Assembly: GCA_004193545.1 (NCBI GenBank)
Contig: RPGO01000009.1
Coordinates: forward strand, 15,166-79,165
Source: Candidatus Argoarchaeum ethanivorans
GTDB lineage: Archaea > Halobacteriota > Methanosarcinia > Methanosarcinales > EX4572-44
Length of the DNA: 64,000 nt
Reading direction: 5' to 3'
Shown: positions 38,855 through 49,019 of the stretch, one piece after another
Layout of the letters: each line of letters starts with the position of its first letter
Numbering within the stretch: position 1 is the stretch's first letter
Position numbers and translations under genes: made by a program
The notes under the pieces: model-generated
Seen by the model: only the letters and a program-made list of their open reading frames with translations
Told to the model about the DNA's origin: nothing
Databases searched by the model: none

Positions 38855-39568
38855 TTGGTTATAAAAAAAGAAATTCAGTACTCTGGAAAAGCAAAGACTT
38901 TGTATCGAACTGATGATGAGACAAAACTAATTGCGGAATTTCGTGACAGTCTCACAGCATTCGATGGTAAAAAAAAAGGATCGCTTGAACATAAAGGCTA
39001 TTACAATGCTGCAATTTCAGCACACATATTCAAACTTCTTGAAGAAGAGGGGGTACCAACTCATTTTGAATGTATGCTTTCTGATACAATGATGCTTGTT
39101 GATGCTGTTGATATTATTCCCGTTGAAGTGATTGTGCGAAATATTGCTGCTGGTTCTATCACCAGGAAATATCCAATAAAAGAGGGAACACCTCTTGTGC
39201 CGCCTGTGATTGCTCTGGATTACAAGAGTGATGAGTATGGCGATCCAATGATTAATGAGGATATCGCATGCGTGATGGGTATTGCAGAGAGGGTAGAGCT
39301 TGCAGTTATGCGAAAGCTTGCACTTGAAGTAAATAAACTGCTGATAGAGTTTTTAGATAGTAAAGGATTACTTTTGCCTGATTTCAAGCTTGAGTTTGGA
39401 CGATTGAATGGTAAGATCGTACTTGCTGATGAGATTTCGGCTGATACCTGTCGATTCTGGGACAAGAAAACCGGAAAATCACTGGATAAGGATGTGTTTC
39501 GTTTTGATAAAGGAGACGTTGGAAAAGCTTACTATGAGATTGCACAGAGGATTTTGCCTGAAATTTGA
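38855..39568 (+). CDS. purC: SAICAR synthetase PurC
   Basis: [45 protein letters not shown] start. Confidence 0.92.
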   Translation: MVIKKEIQYSGKAKTLYRTDDETKLIAEFRDSLTAFDGKKKGSLEHKGYYNAAISAHIFKLLEEEGVPTHFECMLSDTMMLVDAVDIIPVEVIVRNIAAGSITRKYPIKEGTPLVPPVIALDYKSDEYGDPMINEDIACVMGIAERVELAVMRKLALEVNKLLIEFLDSKGLLLPDFKLEFGRLNGKIVLADEISADTCRFWDKKTGKSLDKDVFRFDKGDVGKAYYEIAQRILPEI

Positions 39569-39624
39569 TTATAATCACTCCAGTAATAAATTGCAATTAA
39601 TAAACCACGAGATTACACAGATAT

Positions 39625-39641
39625 TGATTACTGCGTAATCA
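39625..39641. repeat. REP-like hairpin next to the copA truncation point
   Basis: TGATTAC-TGC-GTAATCA, with further CTCGATTTGATTAC fragments up to 39670. Confidence 0.55.
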
Positions 39642-39699
39642 GGAGTTATTAGTGCCTCGATTTGATTACTATACTCAGCAGCTCTGCCGTGGTTGGGCC

Positions 39700-40782
39700 A
39701 AGCCATAGAGCAATCTTCTCATCAACATCATCCCCCTTCTTCTTGAGAACAGGGCTTGGCTCCCCTGTGATCATCGACTCATCCACATAGCTCTCGTCAT
39801 CACAGCAAAGCCATCCACCCATATCTTCTCTCCGGGTTTGACGACCACGATGTCATCTATCTCCGGGTCTTCTATCGGCACCTCGACCTCATCGCTGCCA
39901 CGGATGATGAGGGCGGTCTTTGGCTGCAAGCCCATCAGCTTCTTTATCGCTTCCGATGTTTTTCCTTTTCCTTTTGTTCCAGATACTTGCCAAGTGTGAG
40001 AAATGTGGCAAGAAGAATCGCGGCCTCATAAAACAAGAATTCACTCGAAAGTGTGATCTTAAAAGTGCCCAGAATGCGCGATATGAATGCAACACCAATT
40101 TCCATCGAGTACATCACGTCCATGTTGAGGTTTCGGTTATTAAGGGCGCGATATGCAGCGAGAAATATCGGATAACTCAGATAGACAAAGACCGGAACTG
40201 AGATCACCATCATAAGATATGCTGGAGGGATGCCGGTCGAAACGCGCCCGATAACCATCAGAAGGGCGCCTGTGGCAGACCCGATAAAGCTCCTGTTCAG
40301 TTTTCCTTTTAGTTCTCCCTCTCGCACAATTTGTTCCAGATCATCTTCTTCTCTCTATTCCGAGGTACGGGTATCCGGCATCCGAAATGGCTTTTTTCAT
40401 CTTGGATACCGTCCGTCATATACGGATTGTAGGTTACGTATGCCTTTTCAGAACTTAGATTAACATTGGAACCTGTGATTCCGTCCAATCTCTCGAGTGC
40501 GTCCACAATTGTCCTGACACACATTGCATAGGTCATCCTGCCGACTTTGATGGTGATTCGCTCATGCACCACCTCGCAACACACATCGGTTACTGCTTTT
40601 TCAAGATCGGCAAGTTTCAATAGTGTTGGGTCGTACTCCACTCGGACAGTCTCGTTTCCAAGATTGACCTCCGCATCTGTTGTGCCATCGAGATCCTTAA
40701 GCGAGTGTTCGAGTGTTCTGGCACACATCGCACAGGCCATCCCTGCGACCTTGAGTTCAACACTCTTCAAACTCTCAGTCAT
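39700..40782 (-). pseudogene. copA: Copper/heavy-metal P1B-type ATPase (CopA-like): N-terminal third only, frameshifted
   Basis: Two HMA domains: the first has GMACAMC, the second is degenerate (GRMTYAMC). TM helices in ORF 39944-40327. The actuator-domain fragments KPGEKIWVDG and YVDESMITGEPSPVLKKKGDDV lie in different frames. No DKTGT, P or N domains. Confidence 0.75.
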
Positions 40783-40955
40783 GCTGTAACCCCTTGGAGG
40801 ATCGTATTACCCCACATTCTTCAATTTTATGATCCCGAACCGCAAATGCCCGGATGAAAAATACTAATATCGCCAGAAATGTTACATGCAACCGTATGAG
40901 TATCCTGCGGATGCTGCCGATCCGGTAGTGCCATTTCATACCAATCCGTTACACA

Positions 40956-41705
40956 TCACCTTACTATAAGCGATGCATCCTGGTCAAATGGATTTGTTCT
41001 CATGGCGAGAGAAAAGAGATACGGGTAATTATACTTCAAATGTCTCATGTAATCCAGCCATTCGTGGATCAGTAAGGTGTAGACCCTTTTAATATCGCCG
41101 GATAGGTGTGCGTAGTCGGTATCCGGTAACTGATTCAGGTTACCTCTCTTAGCCAATTCCTCGGTCAGATGAAACACAGCCCAGAGAAGCTCTGTAAAGG
41201 ATTCATGTTCCAGCAAATTTGGGTTTTCTAATAACCGCAGTAGAAAATTCCTATGCCTGGTCAGGAAGTTGCGTAAGTGCTCCAGATCTACGTTTTGGAT
41301 ATCGATCCTGTAATCATAATTCTTGAGGTGTTTGCTGAGCTCCATAAATTCTTTCTTAGACCATTTATCAGTAATAACAAGTTCTTTTTTTATTTTATCC
41401 AATTTAGGGTCGCATTCAGAAAAATAAGCCAATAAATCTCCTCCAACTTCGCTAAAAAATGCCCCTATAACCATATTCAGCTTGTTTAACATAGCACGTT
41501 TCTCCCGCGTATTGAGTAGCCGTTGTAGTATCAGGGCAACCAGTAGGACCTCGATCGGGATAAATGCGATATGCCCTAACATGTAGATGAAGATGTGATG
41601 AGAGTCCCTAAAGATGGCATAGTGGAGGAGATAAATTAGCGCAGACAATAAAACCAAAAATAATCCGAAACGAATCTCCCAACCAACGCTTTTCACATTT
41701 TTCAT
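40956..41705 (-). CDS. Hypothetical membrane protein (two N-terminal TMs plus a soluble helical domain)
   Basis: ATG 41705 lies 1 nt after the stop of the upstream MBL-rhodanese gene. I recognise no motif. Confidence 0.55.
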   Translation of the reverse strand: MKNVKSVGWEIRFGLFLVLLSALIYLLHYAIFRDSHHIFIYMLGHIAFIPIEVLLVALILQRLLNTREKRAMLNKLNMVIGAFFSEVGGDLLAYFSECDPKLDKIKKELVITDKWSKKEFMELSKHLKNYDYRIDIQNVDLEHLRNFLTRHRNFLLRLLENPNLLEHESFTELLWAVFHLTEELAKRGNLNQLPDTDYAHLSGDIKRVYTLLIHEWLDYMRHLKYNYPYLFSLAMRTNPFDQDASLIVR

Positions 41706-41706
41706 A

Positions 41707-43095
41707 TCATTCCCTCTCAATCGGAAAACTGCGAACATGCCACGCTTTCATGCTACCGAGAACGTCGCAGCAGACATTCGTATACCCGGCTCTTAAAAGA
41801 ATGCTTGCGGCAAGACTTGCACGGTGACCGACATTACAGACGATCGTGATTGGTTGGTCTCGCGGCACCTCGGAAAGCCGGCTTTCAAGCTGCCCGACAT
41901 AGATGTGCATAGCGCCCTTTATATATCCATCTCTCCACTCATTCTCAGCCCGCACATCGAGCACCAGAAGATCATCCCCGCGATCAATCCGGCGTTTAAG
42001 TTCGTGTACCGTCGAGATTCCCATGTACTCAACCGCATTGCCCGCATCATACCATGCCTCAATCCCTCCTCTCAGGTATCCTCTGATATTCTCGTAGCCC
42101 AGCCGCACAAGGTATCGGACTGCCACGTCCAGATGGTCGTGCAACTCAAGAACCAGCAGAATCGGCTTGTCATAGGGTATGACCCATCCCGCATACACGG
42201 GGAGCCCCTTCAGCCAGATGCTATAAGAGCCCCTGATATGAGCGCCTCCAAAGGATGGCGGGGTTCTGGCATCAAGAATAATTGCCTCCTCTCGTTCCAT
42301 CGAATCCTTGAACTCATCAGGCGTCAGAGGAGGTGGGGCTGGCAGCTGGCCCATGGGGAGCGGTCCCTCTAGATTGTATCGCTCCATAACTCTGAAATAT
42401 GGGGGTCGTTCGTGTTTTTCGGCTGTTTTGTGTCTGATAAACTCCTGCCGGTTCAGCTGGAGCATGGGATTACTGGCTCGCTCTATTCCTATCGTGCTGT
42501 AATCTCTCTCGCTGATGCTTCCACCGCAGACCGAGCCAGCACCATGAGCCGGGCAAAGGATGACTCCGTCACCAAGGGGAAGGATCTTTTCAAAGATGCT
42601 GTCATAGAGCGCTCCTGCCAGTCTCTCCGCTTCATCCGGACCGTAAAAGTCGGTTCTACCCACGTCTCCAACGAAGAGCGCATCTCCTGCGAAGACCATA
42701 ACCATAGTGGCATCTTCGCCAGAAGAGAGGTCTGCCAGTGTGTATGACATGCTCTCATCCGTGTGCCCGGGCGTGTGCAGCGCGGTGATCTCCAGACTTC
42801 CAATCCGAAATGCTTCACCACCACGAAGCGTGCTGCCATAACCCCAGTTGAGACCCGGCCCGTGGAATATCTTGATCTCAGCACCGGTTAGGTTCGATAG
42901 CTCTTTTGATCCGATGACGTAGTCTTCGTTACGGTGGGTCTCAAATACGTACTTGATCCTCTGTTCTTCTCGCTCTGCTAACTCGATGTAAACGTCGCAG
43001 TCCCTCCGCGGGTCGATCACAGCCGCCTCGCCGTCCGAACCGATGAGGTATGAGTTGTGAGCCAGTCCATCTGATTTGATTCGTTCAAAGATCAT
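41707..43095 (-). CDS. MBL-fold hydrolase (persulfide dioxygenase-like) fused to two rhodanese domains
   Basis: MBL motifs HTPGHT, GDALF and CPAHG. The first motif reads THRNEDY instead of THxHxDH. The C-terminal rhodanese has the active-site loop CNVGHRAS. Confidence 0.75.
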   Translation of the reverse strand: MIFERIKSDGLAHNSYLIGSDGEAAVIDPRRDCDVYIELAEREEQRIKYVFETHRNEDYVIGSKELSNLTGAEIKIFHGPGLNWGYGSTLRGGEAFRIGSLEITALHTPGHTDESMSYTLADLSSGEDATMVMVFAGDALFVGDVGRTDFYGPDEAERLAGALYDSIFEKILPLGDGVILCPAHGAGSVCGGSISERDYSTIGIERASNPMLQLNRQEFIRHKTAEKHERPPYFRVMERYNLEGPLPMGQLPAPPPLTPDEFKDSMEREEAIILDARTPPSFGGAHIRGSYSIWLKGLPVYAGWVIPYDKPILLVLELHDHLDVAVRYLVRLGYENIRGYLRGGIEAWYDAGNAVEYMGISTVHELKRRIDRGDDLLVLDVRAENEWRDGYIKGAMHIYVGQLESRLSEVPRDQPITIVCNVGHRASLAASILLRAGYTNVCCDVLGSMKAWHVRSFPIERE

Positions 43096-43120
43096 TCGTT
43101 AGCACCCTCGATCGTGTCCT

Positions 43121-43405
43121 TCAATCTCCCGGAGCAAGAAGTTGGTATGTCTCTTCTACTACAAGTTCGTGGAGAAGATTCATAGTTTTATTATCATCAA
43201 CTGTATCTGCAACCCTCATGTAGAAGTCATAAGCCGCATACTCATTCTCAAGACCAATCTCGAGAGCTTCAAGATCGTTCATAAACGCAGAATCCTCGCT
43301 CTTTACCAGTTCCCCCTTGAACCTCGTGCCGCCTTCCATATATGCAGTGGATAGTTCATCCTTCGACTGGTCGAGCGATGGTAACTCAGCAGCAGCACGA
43401 AACAT
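43121..43405 (-). CDS. Small ferritin-like / rubrerythrin-family-like protein (weak call)
   Basis: 94 aa. ALEIGLENEYAAYDFY...LHELVVEETY resembles half of a diiron four-helix bundle, but the ExxH histidine is replaced. Confidence 0.35.
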   Translation of the reverse strand: MFRAAAELPSLDQSKDELSTAYMEGGTRFKGELVKSEDSAFMNDLEALEIGLENEYAAYDFYMRVADTVDDNKTMNLLHELVVEETYQLLAPGD

Positions 43406-43456
43406 ACCCCGCTGCTCTGCAGTGGGGTGTGCCGCCGCGTTGACTTTAGCTATTAT

Positions 43457-44770
43457 TCACATATTTTTATCTGTATATGGGTTTTGCGGAACTGTAAGAT
43501 CAAGTCCCATTGCCTCAGCTAATAACACCATCTCGTCCTCAAAGACTACCTTAGTATCCATCGCATTGATTCCATCCATGATGTTTCTTCTGCAAAACGG
43601 ACAGGTACATGTGATCATTTCTGCGCCAACTTCTTCTGCATCTCTGACTCGTTCCTGTGCCAGTTTTAGAGCCAAATCGGAGACTCCTGCTTTTATTCCT
43701 CCGCCTGCACCACAGCAACGCTGATAGCTTCTGTTTCGCTCCATCTCAACAAGTTTTATCCCTGGAATCAACTCGAGTATTCTTCTTGGCTGTTCATATA
43801 TCCCAACATGTCGTCCAGTATGACAGGAATCATGGAATGTTACTACCTTATCCAGAGAGTTTTTGAATTTAAAGTCTTCAGGCTTTAATTTTCCTTCATC
43901 CATAAGCTCACAAAGATACTCGCTCAAGGCATATACTTTGAATGGGAGTTCTCCACCTTCATAGAATTTTGGCCAATCGATGATACTTGTTCGATGACAG
44001 CCTGCACAGGCATATACCATCTTTTTTATACCTTTTTTCTTTGCTGCATTCACATTGTGGTTTACAAATTCTTTTGCAATACCAAGCTGACCGGTTCGCA
44101 CTGCTACAGAAGCGCAGCACCATTCTTCTTCACCAAGCATGGTAAATGGAATGCCCAAAGCATCCAACACCCTTACAGTAGCAACACCGACTTTCTGCAT
44201 TCGGTATGCTGCTGTACAGCCGGTAAAGTAGCCTACCTCTGCCGTATCCTCAACATGTATATCCTCCGGTATCCAGCAGAGTCGATCCTTCTGATCAGCA
44301 GCAAACACGTTGTAGCTTTTGAGAAGATCTATAAAACCTGACTGTTTTCCATAGGGACCGCGCTCGTTTATTACCATATTGGCACGGGCAGACTCCCATA
44401 TCTCTACAGTATCTATTCCAGCTTCACAGACTGAACCGCATGCACCACAGGTGGTACAATGGTATAATTGATCCTTAAACTTGAGAATGTCTTCCTCAGG
44501 AATGTGTTTTGGACCAAACAGTCGTGCTCGCCAGCCGTATCCCTTATTAATGAAGTCCTTCAATACCATTATTCTGTTTCTTGGTGAGTAAGCAAGTGCC
44601 TCTTGTTCAGTTGCTGTGTGTCCTTCTGGCATTTCAGCTGGCGTGAATTGTCCAGTATTTATTTCCTCGTATACAGGACACCAGTTCAGACATTCATTGC
44701 ATCTGGTACATGCATCAAGCTCCATTAACTGCACTGCTGTAAATCTCTCTGACGTCATGGAAGGTTTCAT
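43457..44770 (-). CDS. hdrD: HdrD-like heterodisulfide reductase subunit (2x[4Fe-4S] plus two CCG domains)
   Basis: CTRCNECLNWCP, CTTCGACGSVCE, CCASV and RCCGAGGG. 4-nt overlap with the upstream hdrE-like gene. Confidence 0.7.
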   Translation of the reverse strand: MKPSMTSERFTAVQLMELDACTRCNECLNWCPVYEEINTGQFTPAEMPEGHTATEQEALAYSPRNRIMVLKDFINKGYGWRARLFGPKHIPEEDILKFKDQLYHCTTCGACGSVCEAGIDTVEIWESARANMVINERGPYGKQSGFIDLLKSYNVFAADQKDRLCWIPEDIHVEDTAEVGYFTGCTAAYRMQKVGVATVRVLDALGIPFTMLGEEEWCCASVAVRTGQLGIAKEFVNHNVNAAKKKGIKKMVYACAGCHRTSIIDWPKFYEGGELPFKVYALSEYLCELMDEGKLKPEDFKFKNSLDKVVTFHDSCHTGRHVGIYEQPRRILELIPGIKLVEMERNRSYQRCCGAGGGIKAGVSDLALKLAQERVRDAEEVGAEMITCTCPFCRRNIMDGINAMDTKVVFEDEMVLLAEAMGLDLTVPQNPYTDKNM

Positions 44771-45576
44771 TTCTTACCACCTCCACTGGCAAGTATTGCT
44801 AAAGGAGAAGCAATAATGTGCGTGAATTTGCTATAAGGAATGTATGCTACCATTGCAAACAGTGAAAACACCTCGTGAAAGATGGTAAAAGAATTTCCAA
44901 AGCTTCCGTAGTATCCTGCAGGGTACTCTGATGTAAGCATCCTGACAGTAACATCTGCTGTCTCACGAAGATATTGTGCATAGAACCCTGATGCAACAAC
45001 AAGGATTAACAGAGCTATGAGTATCCAGTCAGTGTCATCAGAGAACGCACGCGTATCTTTGCTAAAGAGACGTCTTCCAAAGGCAATGGCAATCCCTATT
45101 AGAAGCATGTAGCTGAGAAAATCGAATGCGGGTTCAAGCATTATCCACGCATTTGGAAACATCTCATGGTCGTTGGCAACAAACACGCCATACATCTCGT
45201 AAGAGGTTGTTACAGCCATTGAAAGGAAGGCAAGCCCAATCCAGCCGTAAAGGATGCATATATGCATGAACCATCGCAGCTTGTCTGCTTTGAATGTCCG
45301 CCTCTGGAGGAAGACATCCATTACCAGTATATTTATAACCTTTGATCCGCTCTCTTCACGAATCCGGTGTACTAACGTTTTAAGGAAAGCCCACACACTC
45401 CCGCCCTGGGATGGCCCTCCATAAGCTCTTGAGCCTTCGCCCCATTTTTTTAGTTGTAGATATACTCCAAGTAAAAATACGATCACCGCCAATACAGCAC
45501 TAATCGCCATTATTCTCCAATCTATAAATAGCATATTCCATATCGTTTTACCAAATACTAAAAGTCCATCAGTCAT
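44767..45576 (-). CDS. hdrE: HdrE-like membrane b-type cytochrome subunit (NarI fold)
   Basis: 269 aa, about 5 TM helices with conserved His residues, directly upstream of and overlapping hdrD. Confidence 0.6.
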   Translation of the reverse strand: MTDGLLVFGKTIWNMLFIDWRIMAISAVLAVIVFLLGVYLQLKKWGEGSRAYGGPSQGGSVWAFLKTLVHRIREESGSKVINILVMDVFLQRRTFKADKLRWFMHICILYGWIGLAFLSMAVTTSYEMYGVFVANDHEMFPNAWIMLEPAFDFLSYMLLIGIAIAFGRRLFSKDTRAFSDDTDWILIALLILVVASGFYAQYLRETADVTVRMLTSEYPAGYYGSFGNSFTIFHEVFSLFAMVAYIPYSKFTHIIASPLAILASGGGKK

Positions 45577-45739
45577 GATTCATTCTCCATTTTCCGCATA
45601 AATAAAATAAACTATAACATGGTGGAATAATCCATATATTAATCTTTCGATATGAACTCATGTATTGAATAATGCTATATATGAAGACTGTTACAATAGG
45701 AGGCTGTGTTAGTATTCACTTTTGTTGTTTCGGAGGATT

Positions 45740-46969
45740 ATGCAGGATCAGCCAGTCATTAATATTGGTATTGTCGGACACGTGGATCATGGCAAGACCA
45801 CGTTGGTAAAAGCCCTCTCTGGTGTGTGGACTGATCGCCATAGTGAGGAAGTAAAGCGTGGTATTTCTATCAGGCTTGGATATGCTGATATAACATTTAA
45901 AAAATGTATGACATGTGATGAACCTGAGTGTTACACAGTAGATAATGTGTGTGAGGTTGATGGTTCGCCAACTGAACACGTTCGAACAGTTTCTTTTGTT
46001 GACTCTCCAGGGCATGAAACTCTCATGGCTACGATGCTTTCCGGTGCTGCGATTATGGACGGTGCAGTGCTTGTGATTGCAGCTAATGAGTCGTGCCCCC
46101 AGCCGCAGACTAAAGAGCATTTGATGGCACTAAATATTATTGGCATCAGAAATGTTGTGATCGTTCAGAATAAGATTGATCTTGTCACACGAGAGGAGAT
46201 GATCACCAATTATAAAGAGATAAAAGAGTTTGTTAAAGGGACTGTTGCTGAGAATGCTCCAATTATTCCTGTGTCTGCCCAGCACAAGGCAAACATTGAC
46301 TTGTTGATCCAGGCTATAGAAAAGTACATTCCTACACCGGAAAGAAAAGAAGACGTTCCCCCAATGATGCTAATTGCGCGCTCCTTTGATGTTAATAAAC
46401 CCGGAACAGTCCCTAAAAAGCTTGTTGGCGGCGTGATCGGCGGCACACTCAGTCTTGGGAAGCTTCGTACCGGTGACGAAATAGAGATACGTCCCGGGCT
46501 AAAAGTGGAATCTGGAGGATCAACTGCGTGGATGCCGATACGTACGATTATCACACAGGTATTAGCTGGTGGAAACGAAGTAAGTGAGATAACACCAGGA
46601 GGTCTTATAGGCGTTGGAACACAGCTTGACCCTGCTTTAACAAAAAGTGACAGTCTCGTGGGACAGGTTGCAGGCTATCCTGATTCTATGCCACCAACAA
46701 TTGATGAGTTCGTAATGGAAACACATTTGCTCACACGGGTGGTTGGCACGAGTGATGACACAGAGGTTGGTGCCCTGCATCCAAATGAAGTACTTATGCT
46801 TAATATTGGTACGGCAACAACGGTTGGAGTTGTTGTAAGCACGGTAAAGAAGAATGTTAAAGTAAAACTTAAACGTCCGGTGTGTGCATCAACTGGCATT
46901 CGTGTTGCTATAAGCAGGCGCATTGGAGCACGCTGGAGATTTATAGGTTCCGGAGTAATAATAGAATAG
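45740..46969 (+). CDS. eif2g: Translation initiation factor aIF2 gamma subunit
   Basis: [21 protein letters not shown], and the zinc-knuckle region CMTCDEPEC. Confidence 0.95.
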   Translation: MQDQPVINIGIVGHVDHGKTTLVKALSGVWTDRHSEEVKRGISIRLGYADITFKKCMTCDEPECYTVDNVCEVDGSPTEHVRTVSFVDSPGHETLMATMLSGAAIMDGAVLVIAANESCPQPQTKEHLMALNIIGIRNVVIVQNKIDLVTREEMITNYKEIKEFVKGTVAENAPIIPVSAQHKANIDLLIQAIEKYIPTPERKEDVPPMMLIARSFDVNKPGTVPKKLVGGVIGGTLSLGKLRTGDEIEIRPGLKVESGGSTAWMPIRTIITQVLAGGNEVSEITPGGLIGVGTQLDPALTKSDSLVGQVAGYPDSMPPTIDEFVMETHLLTRVVGTSDDTEVGALHPNEVLMLNIGTATTVGVVVSTVKKNVKVKLKRPVCASTGIRVAISRRIGARWRFIGSGVIIE

Positions 46970-46985
46970 AATTTGCAGAAGCCAG

Positions 46986-47354
46986 ATGAAAGTTCTTATT
47001 GACACCAATTCCTTCCTGTTGCCCCACCAGTTTGGTGTGGACATATTTGGGGAATTGGCTCGACTTGGATACCACAGGTGTCTTGTTTTAAGAGCTGTGA
47101 TTGGCGAACTCAACAAACTGGCAGCTAACTCAACGGGAAAAGATAAGATCGCAGCAAAGGTTGGTTTATCCCTTGTAGATAGGTGTGAAATAATAGAAAC
47201 AGAACAAAGTGCTCTGGTGGATGATATCATCACAAACATTGCAGTAAAACAAAAACTTGCAGTCTGCACCAATGACTTGCTGCTAAAGAAAAGATTATCT
47301 ACAAAGGGTATTACTGTGGTATACTTACGACAAAAACACAGATTAAGTATTTAG
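46986..47354 (+). CDS. PIN-domain protein, conserved neighbour of aIF2g and rpoE
   Basis: Acidic residues in VLIDTNS, VDD and CTND. 122 aa. Confidence 0.7.
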   Translation: MKVLIDTNSFLLPHQFGVDIFGELARLGYHRCLVLRAVIGELNKLAANSTGKDKIAAKVGLSLVDRCEIIETEQSALVDDIITNIAVKQKLAVCTNDLLLKKRLSTKGITVVYLRQKHRLSI

Positions 47355-47367
47355 AGGAAGTATTCAG

Positions 47368-47943
47368 ATGTATAAGAAGATGAGACTCATCGACATTGTG
47401 CGAATCACTCCTGAAAAACTTGGCGAACCCAAGAAAGAGTCAGTGAAGGTTGCACTCCAGGAAAAACTTGAAGGAATGATAGATAAAAAACTTGGAACGG
47501 TCGTTTCAATACTCGATGTGGTAGAGGTTGGTGAGGGGCATATCATCCCTGGTGACGGGGCGGTCTACTACGATGCAACCTTTGATGCGATCGTCTTCAC
47601 ACCAGTGATGCAGGAAGTTATTGAAGGTCTGGTAGTCGAAATCGTGGAATTCGGGGCATTCATTGGAATAGGCCCTATGGATGGGCTTCTTCACATAAGC
47701 CAGATAACAGATGAATACATATCTTGTGATTCAAAAAATGCAAGACTCATGACAAAAGAAATGGGACGCTCAATTAGCGTAGGAGATAAAACCCGTGCAC
47801 GAATTGTAGCCGTGAGCCTGAACGAACGTGAACCAAGAGATAGTAAAATAGGACTCACTATGCGACAACCAGCACTTGGAAAACTCGATTGGATAGAAGA
47901 AGATCGCATAGCAAAACAAAAAAATAAAACACAGGCATTATAA
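47368..47943 (+). CDS. rpoE: DNA-directed RNA polymerase subunit E' (Rpo7)
   Basis: N-terminal Rpb7-like fold plus an S1 domain (GLVVEIVEFGAFIGIGPMDGLLHISQI). Confidence 0.9.
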   Translation: MYKKMRLIDIVRITPEKLGEPKKESVKVALQEKLEGMIDKKLGTVVSILDVVEVGEGHIIPGDGAVYYDATFDAIVFTPVMQEVIEGLVVEIVEFGAFIGIGPMDGLLHISQITDEYISCDSKNARLMTKEMGRSISVGDKTRARIVAVSLNEREPRDSKIGLTMRQPALGKLDWIEEDRIAKQKNKTQAL

Positions 47944-47945
47944 AT

Positions 47946-48134
47946 ATGGTAGATAAAGTTTGTAGAGAGTGTCGCAGTATTGTGTTGAGCGGTCAAAGCT
48001 GCGCAGTATGCGGTTCAACAAACCTCAGCACTGACTGGGGTGGCTATGTTGTAATCATAGACCCATCGCGCTCACAAATCGCAAAAAAAATGCAGATAAC
48101 ACTACCAGGCAAATACGCACTAAAGGTGCGATAA
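47946..48134 (+). CDS. spt4: Transcription elongation factor Spt4 (RpoE'')
   Basis: 62 aa. Zinc ribbon CRECRS...CAVCGS, followed by W.G.V.IIDP. Confidence 0.85.
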   Translation: MVDKVCRECRSIVLSGQSCAVCGSTNLSTDWGGYVVIIDPSRSQIAKKMQITLPGKYALKVR

Positions 48135-48135
48135 C

Positions 48136-48648
48136 GTGCACACCACATACCACCTCCCACAGAACCTGCGAAAAGAACTAAAAAAACCTATTGGAACGCT
48201 GTACAAGGACGATATACTGTTAGAACAGATACGTGCAGAACTTAAACAACCAACAGAAAAGGTCATCGCCATAGGAGATATAACTACAAAAAATCTTCTT
48301 GATGCAAACATAGCCTTCGATCTTGCAGTGATAGACAAAAAAACCAGAAGAAAATACAATGCACCAGCAATAGACCTGCCAGCAAACTGCAAGCTGATAC
48401 CAGTTCATAACCCGCCCGCAACGATCACACAAGAACTGTTTAGCTCTATAAAACAGGCACTATCTCAGAAGATAACAACTGTGATAATAGTTGATGGTGA
48501 AGAAGATCTTGCCGCACTACCTGCAGTAATCCTGGCACCAGTAACATCAATAGTAATATATGGTCAGCCAGATGAAGGGGCAATATTAGTACGAGTAAAT
48601 AGTCCAGTCAAACAAAAAGTACAAAAATTATTATCATACTTTATTTAA
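48136..48648 (+). CDS. DUF359-family protein (GTP-dependent dephospho-CoA kinase type)
   Basis: AIGDITT, IDKKTRR and VDGEEDLAALP motifs. Conserved position after spt4. GTG start. Confidence 0.65.
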   Translation: MHTTYHLPQNLRKELKKPIGTLYKDDILLEQIRAELKQPTEKVIAIGDITTKNLLDANIAFDLAVIDKKTRRKYNAPAIDLPANCKLIPVHNPPATITQELFSSIKQALSQKITTVIIVDGEEDLAALPAVILAPVTSIVIYGQPDEGAILVRVNSPVKQKVQKLLSYFI

Positions 48649-48724
48649 TTATTATACCCCGCAGCAGAGCCTGCTGTTGGGACATGCCACAAAGCAAGTT
48701 TTTTTAAGCGTGGATATATAAGAA

Positions 48725-49019
48725 CCTTAACTCCGAATGAATAGGGAATAGGTCTCATCAAAATATCGTATAACGTACTCCTTTTCGCAAATCAAACCAC
48801 ATAAGCACCGATACTTTTATAATAACATATCCCCTATGTACCAGATATGGAACAATGGGCCATAGAATGGCTGAATGAACAGAGAGATCAAGGTGTAAAA
48901 TGTCTTGAAGTGAAGATGCATGGGAAAAATCACTACGTTTATCATTCAACCACTTATTGGGATAAAGAACTTAAAAACCAATAAAAACATCAAAATATCT
49001 TGGAAAACAAGGACATTAC
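48725..49019 (+). mobile_element. Solo IS end with a decayed transposase N-terminus
   Basis: The 35-nt CCTTAACTCCGAATGAATAGGGAATAGGTCTCATC (48725-48759) matches 35689-35724 with 2 mismatches. The 45-aa ORF at 48847-48984 (…HYVYHSTTYWDKELKNQ*) continues out of frame as KKPIKTSKYLGK and then stops at the phoU gene end. Confidence 0.5.
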
